Shown here: in pieces, positions 24,366-36,694 of the stretch
How the letters are laid out: every line of letters begins with the position of its first letter
Position numbering within the stretch: the stretch's first letter is position 1
Assembly: GCF_006345805.1 (NCBI RefSeq)
Contig: NC_043005.1
Coordinates: forward strand, 87,234,001 to 87,298,000
Origin: Octopus sinensis
Lineage: Eukaryota
Direction of reading: 5' to 3'
DNA length: 64,000 nt
Notes under the pieces: generated by a model
Databases searched by the model: none
What the model was told of the DNA's origin: nothing
Seen by the model: only the letters and a program-made list of their open reading frames with translations
Program-made: the position numbers and the translations under genes

Positions 24366-25329
24366 CGTTAATTGAGATAGAGTTCAATAAGTAAATTCGA
24401 TATAAATATTTATTTCACAATAAATTTTAAAACATACAAGAATCCAAATTCTAATATATCTAAATTTTCCAAGTATGGCTTTAACAGAAGTAACAACTTA
24501 TATTTTATAGATAAGCCACGCCTCTCGATTAGTAATTAGACATTAATTGTTGCAAACACTTTTAAGATACTTCTAATTAAACGAATAAATTAATGGCATT
24601 AAAATTAAATAAATGAATGAAGTCTGATAATAAAACAAAAATTATTCTACTACTGTTTTTAATTGTTATAGGTGTTTAATTATTTGAAGAAGTTTAATCT
24701 GCTGCAGCTTGTTTACTAAGTCTTCTGTAACCTCGAAAATAGTTTAATATTGTGTAATCGAAATACGAGAGTAGAAAAACAGCCAACAACTGATGAAGGG
24801 TCATTCTTTATGTGGTTTGCTTTGTTTTCCATTTGAGTCTTTCCTTGTTCGAAAGAATAGTTCATGTTCCATGTACTCATGCTTCGTATTTTTTGTACAC
24901 GTTTCACGACGTCCTGTGTCCATGAATGCTTATATACATACGTATAGATGTATGTACATATAGTATGTAAATATGTATATATGCATATATCTATATATGT
25001 ATATATATATATATGTGTGTGTGTGTGTGCGTGCGTGTGTGTGTGTGTGCGTGTGTGTGTGTGTATGAGTATATATATATATATATTATTTATACTATTT
25101 ATATTACTATTATAATAGGGGTGGGATTTCTTCTATTTGCCGGTTGGCTGTTCTGCTTTATGTTGCTGATTTCCCGGTTTCATAGAAGGTGTCGAGTTTA
25201 TTATTATTTATCGAGGCTATGATAGTAGCTACGTTATTAGTCAGCCTATGGCCTACTGTGATTTTATTCCTAAATATTGCTGCATATTTGTTATTTATGT
25301 TCAGATGTTTATCTATGAGTCTCATTATG

Positions 25330-25700
25330 GAGCGAACTGAATAACCATGAGATGTCATTTCCAACTAACTTATATTCTTCATCCACCCCACAACGGACTT
25401 AACGAACTGTGAACCCAACTAGAAATGTAAGACACTCGATCTTTGACCTTCTCTTTCCCGATGTAAATTTTGATCTTTCACTCATCTTCTCTCTACCTCT
25501 GACTTCTTTTTTCTGAAGATGTCTTACATTGGCAACGAAGCAAAAATATAAATATATATTTTCCTCACCATGGTAAACAGAAACTATCGTAAACAACTTC
25601 ACTCTCACTCTTGCATTTATTTACTAATTAAATAGTGTCTTACTAGCGCAAAAGACACAACTGTGTTATTTTCCCCCCATTTTCTTCTCGTCTATATAAA
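25330..25700 (+). mobile_element. Old PLE 3' fragment
   Basis: Relic C-terminus HEMSF..L / ILHPPHNGLNEL* (PxGLN-like) followed ~100 nt later by a hammerhead. Confidence 0.6.
25507..25596 (+). ncRNA. Type I hammerhead motif with 60-nt helix II region
   Basis: CUGAAGA (25513-19), UGUCUUAC..GUAAACA, GAAA (25580-83), CUAUCG-UA; weak U/A stem I. Confidence 0.65.
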
Positions 25701-26840
25701 TTAAACTACGGTTACATGGTAAATTACCTGCTACCTTTTACCTTTTACCTTTTACCAAGGAATATACTGAGGTAATTACGAGAGGTGCCTTTGGATATAT
25801 CTATCCGTTAGAGGCTTAAACACCTCTAACGTATACCTTATATATATATATATATATAAACACATAAGAGATGACCATAATAAGACATCTGACTCACTGG
25901 AAAGAGCAGTTAAACTCCAAATTACTAATAGTTGTAATTCTGAAAGGAAAAGAGAAAATTAATGAATTAATTAATGATAAAATTATTTTATCTATATTGT
26001 TATATTTCGGAATGGTCATATTGCCAGTTTAGCCAATAAAATATATATATAAACACAAAGTTATTTTATTCCACACGGGTAGAAATATAGGAAAAATAGA
26101 AGTTGAATGCACTGAGAATAGGTAAAATATTTTTTGTTATTATATTTAAGGGTTTAACCCATTTCACATTCTGCACTCATTTTCAAGAAGTTGGAATAGA
26201 AAGGCATGACTTATGTTGCAGCTGTCTTGCTTCTGACTAGTGTTTCAAGTTTGACCTATTTTGATAGGGAGTTCATGGCTCAAATTCATATTTTGAACAG
26301 AACTTGATTGGTAGAGGATAGTCATATGACTGGGCTTAGAAACTTTTTGTAGGTTGTCCACTACGGCCGTGTGTTAGTATGAAGTAGCACTAGCGTCGTA
26401 AGTTATGGATGAAACGGTCGACTGAACATGTCTAGTGACTGTACCAAACAATCAATGCTCTGAATCTTTTCTGTCAACTATTCGTAAAGAATGAACATGT
26501 GATTACATTTAGAATCTTTTGTTCGTTTCCCGCTTCGTCCTGGCAGACTAAGTTACGAACGCCGACATGGCTGAGTGAAAAAGTTTAGTTACAATTAAGG
26601 CACTTTAAATTTAATCTGCCAAGGGGGAGAGTGGACAGGAGTCGTTTGCATGCAGTCCTTTGGCTAAAGTTTCGGTTGTTAGCTGTGTAGGTTCCTCATA
26701 TTAAGTGATAGAATGACTGTTGTTAGTGAATAGTTATTTGTGTATGTACTCTGTTAAAGTTTGTTAAACCTTGTTCTGTACATTTCTATGAACGTAATTT
26801 CTTTGTTTACCTGTGCATGTATATATATATATATATATAT

Positions 26841-27028
26841 GCGTAGCCGTATTTCGTCGGTCGTTACGTTCCGAGTTCAATTCCGCCGAGGTCGACTTTG
26901 CCTTTCATCCTTTCGGGGTCGATAAATTAAGTACCAGTTACGCACTGGGGTCGATGTAATCGACTTAATCGGTTTGTCTGTCTGTCTTGGTTTGTCCTCT
27001 CTGTTTTAGCCCCTTGTGGGTAGTAAAG

Positions 27029-27096
<68 letters not shown>

Positions 27097-27283
27097 TAGC
27101 CGTATTCGTCGGTCGTTCCGTTCCGAGTTCAAATTCCGCCGAGGTCGACTTTGCCTTTCATCCTTTCGGGGTCGATAAATTAAGTACCAGTTACGCACTG
27201 GGGTCGATGTAATCGACTTAATCGGTTTGTCTGTCCTTGTTTGTCCTCTCTGTGTTTAGCCCCTTGTGGGTAGTAAAGAAATA
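26841..27283 (+). mobile_element. Two 5'-truncated SINE-A copies in tandem
   Basis: Both start at GCGTAGCCGTATT; separated by (TA)n. Confidence 0.9.
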
Positions 27284-27324
27284 TATATATATATATATAT
27301 ATATAGTTATATATATATATATTA

Positions 27325-27522
27325 ATCCAAATAAGAAAGCAAAAAAAAAACACAACAACGCGAGGACGTGGGACAAATATAGTATTATTGGACGCTCAGG
27401 AAAGAAAGAAGGAAGGAGGGTTTAACGTTTTGAGCGGAGCTCTTCGTCGGAAACATAGGAGAAGGAAAGATCCAGAGAAGGGAGGACAGGGGAAAAAGAC
27501 CACCAACGGTACACACGCGGTC
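27325..27522 (-). mobile_element. PLE 3' terminus with G12A hammerhead at 27420-27454
   Basis: GUUU-CCGACGA-A-GAGC UCC GCUC-AAAA-CG-UU/AAAC; flanked by (TA)n. Confidence 0.7.
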
Positions 27523-27649
27523 ATATATATATATATATTTGCGTCTGTTTGTGTGTATGTATGTGTATGTATTTGTATGTGTGTGTATGCATGTGTGCGT
27601 GCGTGTGTCTGTGTGTATGCGTGTGCTCGTTCTGCCTGTGTTTATTCCC

Positions 27650-27842
27650 CCATCACCGTTTGACAACCGTTGTTGGTGTGTTTATGTCCCCGTAACTAGT
27701 GGTTCCACAAAAGGGACCGATAGAATTAGTACCGGGCTTTAAGAACAAAAACATATTTGATTCGACTCGTTCGTTCGGCTAAAATCGGCCAATACGGTGC
27801 TCCAGCATGGCCACAGATTTATAATTGAAACAAAAGATAAAC
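27650..27842 (+). mobile_element. SINE family B, 3' half
   Basis: TTGACAACCG..GTCCCCGTAACT..GGTGCTCCAGCATGGCCACAG. Confidence 0.8.
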
Positions 27843-28729
27843 GATAAACGATTGAATCGCAAGCGATTATGAGGAGGAGGAAGCGCAGGAGGAGCCAAGA
27901 ATGGAGGAGAAGGAAGAGAGGGAGGAGGAGGGAAATCGTCATGACTCTTCTCCTCCTCATCATCATCATCGTCATTACCTTTAACATCATAATCCTCAAT
28001 TTGTTTTCTTCATCTACAGAAAGGATGAGGAGTACAAGGATTTAGCATTCATTTACAAGTGGTTTAATTATCAAGTGCCAAAACCCGAACGGTGGTCAAT
28101 AGGAATCCTTAATTTTTCTGAGAAAAATAACAAAAACAACAAAATCTTCTTCTGATTCCAAATCCTGTCCGGGACTATTTTACATTCAGTTCTTCGCGGT
28201 CGATAAAATAAAGTACAAATCATGGTAGGTACTATCATATCGACTGTAACCATCTCTACAAAGTCGCTGACTTTGTGCCTAAACCAGAAACATTAAGTTT
28301 GGTACGTCTGGAAATCTAAAATTAGTCCTAACACTCTTTGTTGAAAAAAATATCCGTTATAATTTTTCTTTTTTAATTTTGGCACAGTCCCATCAATTTT
28401 AAGATGGAGGGCGAGAGATTCTGTCAGCTTACCGCATTAATATCATTTATAATTTAACATTATTTAATGTGCATAAAAATGGTTGTCATCTATCAATTAT
28501 GGTTAATTTGAAGACGGTCAGCTTAATTATTTGTGTGCGCGTGTGTATATATATGACCGAAATCTTTTAAAACTGAGTGCTTATTGATATCTGCCAGGAA
28601 TTCCAAATTCTATTCTTTCTTCATATATATATATTATATATATATGTGTTGTGTGTGTGTTGTGTGGTGTGGTGTGGTGGTGTGTGTGTGTGTGTGTGTG
28701 TGGTGTGTGGTGTGTGTGTGTGTTATGTG

Positions 28730-29295
28730 GAATGGAAGATAACCGTTTGCTAAACCGTCTTTCTTTATGGTGAGCTTGACTCTGGTAAGCGACCACATGA
28801 GCCGAGGAAAAGTTATAAAGACTGTGTGAAAAGAGAACCTGAAGAAACTAGATATGGAGAAAAGTAATTGGAAAGAAATGATGCTCTAGATCGGAACAGG
28901 TGAAGAGGTGATGTTAGGAATGATTGCAATGGCTAGCATTCTGAACTTACAAGGGCCGGTAGCAAAGGAACAACTGGAACTGTAATCAACAGTTCTGATC
29001 GAGTTCTGTTGTCAAAAGCAGGATACTTGAATCATATGAAGTTACATGAAAATTGAAATCCCCAAATAGGTAATGATCTTGGACACCAACCACCTCTTAC
29101 GACTTGTGTCATATGTCAAAGAACAATATCTGGACTTCATAGACATATGCTAGTTCACAAAAATATTCCTTCAGAATTAGATTCCTAAGAGCAAATATAT
29201 AGAAGAAACTTGAATAATATGTGTCACTTGTGTTTTAAACCCTGTCAGTCAGCAGCTGGTCTTAAAAGTTATATAAGGTCTCATCAATCGATTGA
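28730..29295 (+). mobile_element. RTE-clade LINE 3' fragment with three C2H2 zinc-finger relics
   Basis: MEDNRL / YGELDSGKRPHEPRKSYKDCVK, then DRVLLSKAGYLNHMKLH, CVICQRTISGLHRHMLVH and CHLCFKPCQSAAGLKSYIRSH. Confidence 0.8.
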
Positions 29296-29333
29296 TAGTA
29301 TTGTATATATATACATACATACATACATACATG

Positions 29334-29629
29334 TGGAGGCGCAATGGCCTATTGGTTAGGGCAGCGGTCTCGCGGTCGTAGGATCGCGGTTTCGATTCCC
29401 AGACCGGGCGTTGTGAGTGTTTATTGAGCGAAAACACCTACAAGCTCCACGAGGCTCCGGCAGGGGGTGGTGATCCCTGCTGTACTCTTTCACCACTCTT
29501 TCTTCTGTTGGCCTGCTCACTTAGCCAGCGGGGTGGCGTCATTCGAAGGCTATAACAATGCAAACGCATTGTGACCAGCGATGTGTAACTACATCTGATG
29601 GACTGGTCGGTCACGTGATCACGTGATCA
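29334..29629 (+). mobile_element. SINE family C, tail type 1
   Basis: tRNA-like head TGGCCTATTGG..GGTTTCGATTCCC; ends in CACGTGAT repeats. Confidence 0.85.
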
Positions 29630-30619
29630 CATACATGCATAGATATATATGTATATATATATATATATAAATGACATTATGAGCGCATAACCAGTGATGG
29701 GCGATAAGATAGGGTCACTTGGGCAAGAGATGACCATGCTCCTTTTCTCTTTTAAGAATGCTTGTCGTACTTGTTCTTCTTTCAACCATGGCTGTCTCTG
29801 CGTAGTTATTTGTGTTGGGCCCTAATAAAATCCGATAAGATGTATAGATGCAAATCTATCTAATTACTTGTCTCCTCCTAAAACCAGACAGAACTTGGCC
29901 ATCGGTCGACTTGCAACACCGTTCTTCGTCTTGCGCTTTACTTGGTAGGGTGTGTTTGTCAACTTCACAACAAGGTCAAGGTGAGCTCTGACTGGTTGCA
30001 TGCAAATGAGTTCATTACTAGGGTCCCGAACTCTCCTGTGAAAACATTTCTCCCGCTGCCCGTACAATGCCTTATTTTCCTGTCTCCTGACTTTCGTCTA
30101 TGTTCTTCCCTCAGGGCTTTCACTCCACAAGCCAACATAACTTGTCATTATTAGTCGAAAGACACGTGTTGTTGTTCTATTCTTGCTTGTAGTTGTAATC
30201 ATGTGACATTTTCTCCGTTTTCTCGGTTTTTGTCTGTGTTGTCTCACACATTCAATTGCTTTCTTCCAAAATCTGAATGCTCTTAGCTTAGATTTTTGAG
30301 GCATACCGATTTTGAACAGTCTGAAATTTAACAGGCCGAAACTGTAATGATAATTGGAAGCTTGACGGATGAATAGAGGGCCACGAATGATCCGTCGTAG
30401 TTTTTGCAGACCGTCTTTGTATCATCTATCTGTCCGTATGTTTATATTGTCGTGGGTTACGTTCTCCATCCGTTTATTGGATATATATGTATATATATAT
30501 ATATTGTATGTATACATATATATATATATATATATAATATATATATATATATATTATATATATATATATGTATATGTATGTATATATATATATATACATA
30601 TATATATATGTATAAATGG

Positions 30620-30860
30620 TTTTTGTATTTGATTTACAAGATTGTTTATGAGAATTCGTGTGATGAAGCGTATTTTATTGTGTCTGGGTAGAGTCATTAT
30701 CTTTTGGTGCCTTACTAAGTTAACACTCTCACCGGTCAGATTTCCACTCATTTACTTATTTAAATGAATTTAAATAAGTAAATGAGTGGAAATCGGACCG
30801 GTGTGTGTATGTTACATTAATAAGGCACTAAAAGAGAATGACTCTCCCCAGACACAATAA
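30620..30860. mobile_element. Fold-back element between (TA)n tracts
   Basis: Arms 30675-30765 and 30768-30860; inner 27 bp perfect; 2-nt loop. Confidence 0.75.
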
Positions 30861-30885
30861 TATATATATATAATATATACATACA

Positions 30886-30940
<55 letters not shown>

Positions 30941-31104
30941 TGTGTGTGGTGTGTGTGTGTGTGTGTGTGAGTGTGTAACAAAGAACTCCATTTCATTAGA
31001 AAATTTGGACTAAGTACTTTTCTACTGATAAAACTTTCATCGTATTCCTTACACAAAACAGACTTTATAGTGTTTTTGCCACAAAAGGACCACAAACCGA
31101 CTAC

Positions 31105-31360
31105 AGCGTGCTAACAATTCTGCCAGCTCGCCGCCTTTGTGCATATTCTTTTCTACTCCAGGCACAAGAAATTTTTGGGGGGGAGGTGGGGGGGCAGTCG
31201 ATTAGGTCGACCCCAGTACGCACCTGGTACTTATTTTATCGATTCCGAAAGGATGAAAGGCAAAGTCGACCTCAGCGGAATTTGAAGAGAGAATGTAAAG
31301 ACAAACGAAAGACCGTTAAGCATTTCGCTCGGTGTGCTAACGATTCTGCGAGCTCACCGC
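31105..31360 (-). mobile_element. SINE family A plus a head fragment
   Basis: GAAAGGATGAAAGGCAAAGTCGACCTC core and two GTGCTAAC..TTCTGC heads. Confidence 0.85.
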
Positions 31361-32171
31361 GTTTCTCCATATTAATAATAGAAACAATAATTATATTACT
31401 TAGATATATTGCAGTTCTTTTTCGTTTTCTATACTTGTTCTGTTTCTCTCCTTATTTTTCTTTTCTCTACTCCTCTCAATAAACGTTTTCAATGTCAGTG
31501 GGAGACATTGCATTCCTGTCAGTTTATCTCTTTTACTTCAGGTCATAAGTAAGTATGTACATACATTAAATAACGTCCTCTGAGTTACGAGATTTAGAAC
31601 AGGATTTCCTGCTTTGACGACACTCCACAAGTCTGGATTGCTTTTTCCCTCATCCGCTCCTATAAAATCAATGACGGAGGAACTTTTAAATTCCGTATGC
31701 ACTTTTATTCCTCATCTGACTATATCAGATAAAAATATTGTTCAGTTACATGTGAACAATTACATATCTTGACAAATTCTTCAACTATAAGCCGTATACT
31801 TACCATCATGATCAATAAGTTATTCTATCATCTGCCAAAATATTCACGACAGGAACTCACCTGATACGAAATATATTTACTTCCAACTTTCCCCACCCCC
31901 GCTATATTCCTGCCAACCAAATTCCTGTCAACCAAAGCATATAATTCCTATATTTGGGCATTCAATGTTTGATCTACTTTGAAAATTTCTGTCTTTCTTT
32001 TCGTTCCTCTCTCTCTATCTCTCTCGCTCTCTCTCCCTCTCTCCCTCTCACTTTCTCTCTCTCTCTATAAAAGTGTTTCTTTCTTTGTCTATGTCCCTCT
32101 GTCACTGCCCTATCCTATCTCTCTCTCCCTATTTCATGGTATACACACACACGAAACACGCACATACACCC

Positions 32172-32232
<61 letters not shown>

Positions 32233-32523
32233 TGTATGTATACACGCACACACACACCACATATAAGATATATATATATATATATATATATGAAAATTGT
32301 CCACTATAGAAAGAAATTGCTGACGTGTGTCTGATTGATGCCAGCTGTTTATAGACAAGGACATTGAGGGAATAAAAATGTGTATTATACTTACACACAC
32401 AACGCGTGTGCACGCACACATGCACACTCATGAACACATACATACGTATATATATATATATATATATGTATATGGTTATGTATGTATATATATATATATA
32501 TATATATATAATAATTATTATTA

Positions 32524-33043
32524 TTAGGGAATAAAACCAAACTTACAGGGAAAAATCAGACTTAGGATTGAATCCAATTTTATAGTAAAATATATTATAT
32601 TAAATTAGAGACAAACCACTATTAGGCAAATCATACGATGAAAAACTTAAGCCAATACATAAGATTATTTAATTTATATTATTTAATATATAACAAAATT
32701 ATTAAGAGAAGATAATTAATATATCACTACGATCGTTTCAGCTGTCTGTTAATTTCTTTTTAAATTTTCGAGTTACTGTCTTCATCAGGTGGTTTAAATA
32801 TTTATCTTGCGAGGTTTTTTTTTTTTACCTCGCCAGATAAATATTTAACCACCGATGAATGACTGTAACTCGAAAATTTAACCAAGAAATTTAACAGCAT
32901 GCAGAGCGATGTCGTAGTGATTATAATTATATTATATTTCTTAAAATTTTGTTATATATTTAAATAATATAAATTAAATACTATGTATTGGCTTAAGTTT
33001 TTCATTGTATATTTGCCTAATAGTGGTTTTTGTCTCTAATTTA
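32524..33043. mobile_element. PLE fold-back with a hammerhead in each arm
   Basis: Arms 32601-32815 and 32827-33043; minus strand CAC-CUGAUGA..GAAA-CGAUCG-UA/GUG at 32791-32725; degenerate mirror copy at ~32850-32920. Confidence 0.75.
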
Positions 33044-33237
33044 ATTTAATATATATATTATATATATAATAGTAGACATATTATATACATATATAAAGAA
33101 GAGAGAGTGAGCTAGGTAGATAGAGAGAGATAGGGGGGCTACACCCACCATAGACATCCGTATGCATCTTGCATTTATGTGCGGGATGTTCGATTGGTAT
33201 AATATATATATAATATATATATATATTATATAATAGA

Positions 33238-33269
<32 letters not shown>

Positions 33270-33834
33270 ATATTAAATATATATATATATTATGCATGTA
33301 TATAAATACACCCATTCACGCGTGCGTATACCATACGCACACACAAACATGCACGCACGTGCTAATGTATATCGTTGCTATTGAGTTAAACTGTCGCATG
33401 TCCAAATTTTGCCAAAGCTTTCTTTTGTTTTTCAATATTTATTTTTGCTTACTGTAGCTGGTTCTTTTTGTCAAACTATATGTCCAGTTGCTTCAGATGC
33501 CAAGATATCAAAAATAGTGAAAGTGTAGTAGAACCGTTTTGCTATAGAAATTTGAGTTGCTCCAGGTAGGAGTTGCCACGGCTACACTTATCCACTGCAG
33601 CCTAAATATTTAGTTGCAGATAAAATGGAAGTAACACTATGTAAAGTTTATATTTAATACATTTTATAACGCTCATATTTCCATACGAATGAAAACCTTA
33701 AACCAGGTGTTGTAATCCTAAAAAACAACATTAAAGACGAAATTACACGTACCAATAGCTCTGTTCACACTAGCCACATAAACACAATTTGAGCAAGTAT
33801 TTATTGTATAATTGTATAACTGTGTTTGTGTGTG

Positions 33835-34125
33835 AACGGACGTGGCCTAACGATTAAGTTGTTGCATTCACGATCGCTGGGCCCTGTGTTCGAACCACGA
33901 GCCGGCCGATGGGTTGTGTTCTTCAGCAAAACATTTCATTTCTCGCTGTTTCTGTCCAGTCGACTGTAAATGAGTGACCCTGCGATGGAATAGCCTTCGG
34001 TCAGAGCGAATATTCACCTGGTCAGCTAGCCAACAGAATGACATTATTCAAAAGCTAAAAATTAATAAAAAAACCCATTTTGGCAGCGATGTATAACAAA
34101 GTCCAATAGACTAGTAAACACTGTG
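33835..34125 (+). mobile_element. Old tRNA-derived SINE related to family C tail type 1
   Basis: GTGGCCTAACG..GTGTTCGAACC head; CAGCGATGTATAAC tail shared with ~29577 and ~17682. Confidence 0.65.
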
Positions 34126-34144
34126 ATATATATATATATATATA

Positions 34145-34694
34145 TTAGGGAGTAAATCCAAATTTAGAGGGAAAATTAGATTTAGGATTAAATCTAATTT
34201 TACAATAAATATATACATATATATCAAATTAGAGATAAAACCATTGTTAGGCAAATCAAACAGTGAAAAACATAGAAATAAAGTTAATTAATATAATATA
34301 CAAAATATATAAAATATAATATTCAAAATTTATTTAATTAAAAGTTAAAAATTTTAGCATTCTTAAATTATTAATTTTATACTTATAAATTTATATATAT
34401 ATATATAATATATATATAATGTATTATTATTATTTTTATTTATTAGTTTTTATTTTTTTTTTATTTTTTTTATTTTTGATTTCCGCTAATATTTATTTAA
34501 CTATTTTTTTATTATAGTAAATAATATAAGTATCAAAAATGTATTAACAACTTAATATAAGATAAAAGTAAAAAGTTATATCTTATATTAAACATGTTAA
34601 TACTTTTTGATAGTTATATATATTTAATATAATAAAAAATTAAATAAATAAATATAATTAGATAAATAAAATAAAAAATAAACATAAAATAATC

Positions 34695-34729
<35 letters not shown>

Positions 34730-34946
34730 AATATTATATTTATATATATATCTTATTATTAAATATTTATAAGTATAAATTAATAATTGTAAATATTTTT
34801 TTTAAAATTCTTAACTTAAATTTAAATAAAATTTTTATATTATATTTTATATATTTTGTATATTATATTAATTAATTTTATTTCTATGTTTTGGTTTATA
34901 TTTTTCACTGTTTGATTTACCTAATAGTGGTTTTATCTCTAATTTT
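34145..34946. mobile_element. Large AT-rich fold-back, same family as 32524
   Basis: AAATTAGAGATAAAACCA..TAGG..AAATCAAACAGTGAAAAA mirrored at ~34902-34946; centre near 34568. Confidence 0.7.
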
Positions 34947-34947
34947 A

Positions 34948-35340
34948 TGGCTGTGTGGTAAGTAGCTTGCTAACCAACCACATGGTTCCGGGTTCAGTCC
35001 CACTGCGTGGCATCTTGGGCAAGTGTCTTCTGCTATATCCCCGGGCTGACCAATACCTTGTGAGTGGATTTGGTAGACGGAAACTAAAAGAAGCCTGTCG
35101 TATATATGTATATATATATAAGTGTGTGTGTATATGTTTGTGTTTGTCCCCCTAGCATTGCTTGACAACTGATGCTGGTGTGTTTACGTCCCCGTCACTT
35201 AGCGGTTCAGCAAAAGAGACCGATAGAATAAGTACTGGGCTTGCAAAGAATAAGTCCTGGGGTTGATTTGCTCGCCTAACGGCAGTGCTCCAGCTTGGCC
35301 GCAGTCAAATGACTGAAACAAGTAAAAGAGTAAAAGAGAG
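34948..35340 (+). mobile_element. SINE family B, near full length
   Basis: A/B-box head, TGGGCAAGTG CORE-like segment, internal microsatellite, LINE-like tail ending in (AGTAAAAG)n. Confidence 0.9.
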
Positions 35341-35371
35341 TAAGATATATATATATATATATACTACTACT

Positions 35372-35790
35372 ACTACTAATATAGGATGAAGTTTTTTTAC
35401 AGAAGACAATTTCATCAAAAAGTGGCAGCATATTAAAATACCTTTAAAGGTTAAAATTATAAACAACTTATAAACAAGAGCAACAGAAAATTATTTCTAT
35501 GCCAATATGCTGATAACAGACTTTTTAATCGTCAATTTCCACTTTTTTCTATATCCTTTCAAAATTTATCCCAGGCGTAACCATTACAGTTAGTCTTTGT
35601 CTAACAGCCCTTAATGCATTTCTTCAGAAATTTTTAATTTCTTAAACTTCTGGATGTTACAGTCTTATGCAGTCTTCCTATCTTGTCCCTGAACGCACAA
35701 AACAGGAGTTATCTTCCTTTGGTATTTTGTCCTCTAATTATCTCTCGAGTGTTTACGTACTTTTTACTCGTTGGTGACGTTTTCTAAAGC
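35372..35790. mobile_element. Longer copy of the 677-845 family
   Basis: First ~130 bp match the reverse complement of 717-845; bounded by (TA)n. Confidence 0.6.
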
Positions 35791-35791
35791 G

Positions 35792-35864
<73 letters not shown>

Positions 35865-36694
35865 AGTACGTGCGTGTGGATGTATGTGGATGTGTATATA
35901 CATATATATATATTATTTATATATATATATATATATATACATATACACATACATATTCATAAATATATATATACTCGCGTGTGTCTCTGAGTGTGTGTGT
36001 ATGGGCATGGATGTACAGGGGTATTCGCTTGAGAAATACTCTTATAAAGGTGTAATGAGCTAAAGTAATCATTGTATCTGGGCAGAGATGAACAGTCTGG
36101 TATAGCCATCGGGACTGTCAAATAACGTGGCTTTAGTCTGGGACACGACGCTTTTCACTAAATCACGTGATCTGTGGCAAGCGTCCACTTAGTCGTTGAA
36201 GTCATGAAACCTGGAAAAATACGGCTATGATATATACCCGTGCATTTAACAATTTCAACCTGTATAATAGAACCTCCCAAGTCGAAAACCTCAGTATCAG
36301 TACTCTAATGTTAGATACACATTTAGTAATCTACTACGATTGCTGTTCACTATTAATACTAATTTCGTCGTTAATATTTACTTTTTAATTAAGCCTCCGT
36401 TCCATTAGCGACATCAGTGACTGAAAAGCATCTGTTATTCTATATGTAGTTGACAGTGAAATTTGTTTGGTATTCAGAATATGGGGGTCTGCAACTGAGG
36501 ACGTGCAGTACACTCACATTAGGTGATCTGACAGTGCCCACGTCCATACAATACGATTGTTGTCTGGCTCGATTAATGACTGTGCTTTTCTGCACCGTAC
36601 GTCTATAGGTGAGGTCCTCTCAAGTCGAGTATCGTACTACACACACACACACGCACACACACACACACACACACGCATATATATATATATATAT

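Noticed and set aside
24790-24862. CTGATGAAGGG..CGAAAGAATA as a long-helix hammerhead
   Set aside because: Helix II does not close next to GAAA and stem III does not pair; at most a decayed relic
29334-29410. tRNA gene
   Set aside because: No acceptor stem and continues into a SINE body; the same holds for the other SINE heads
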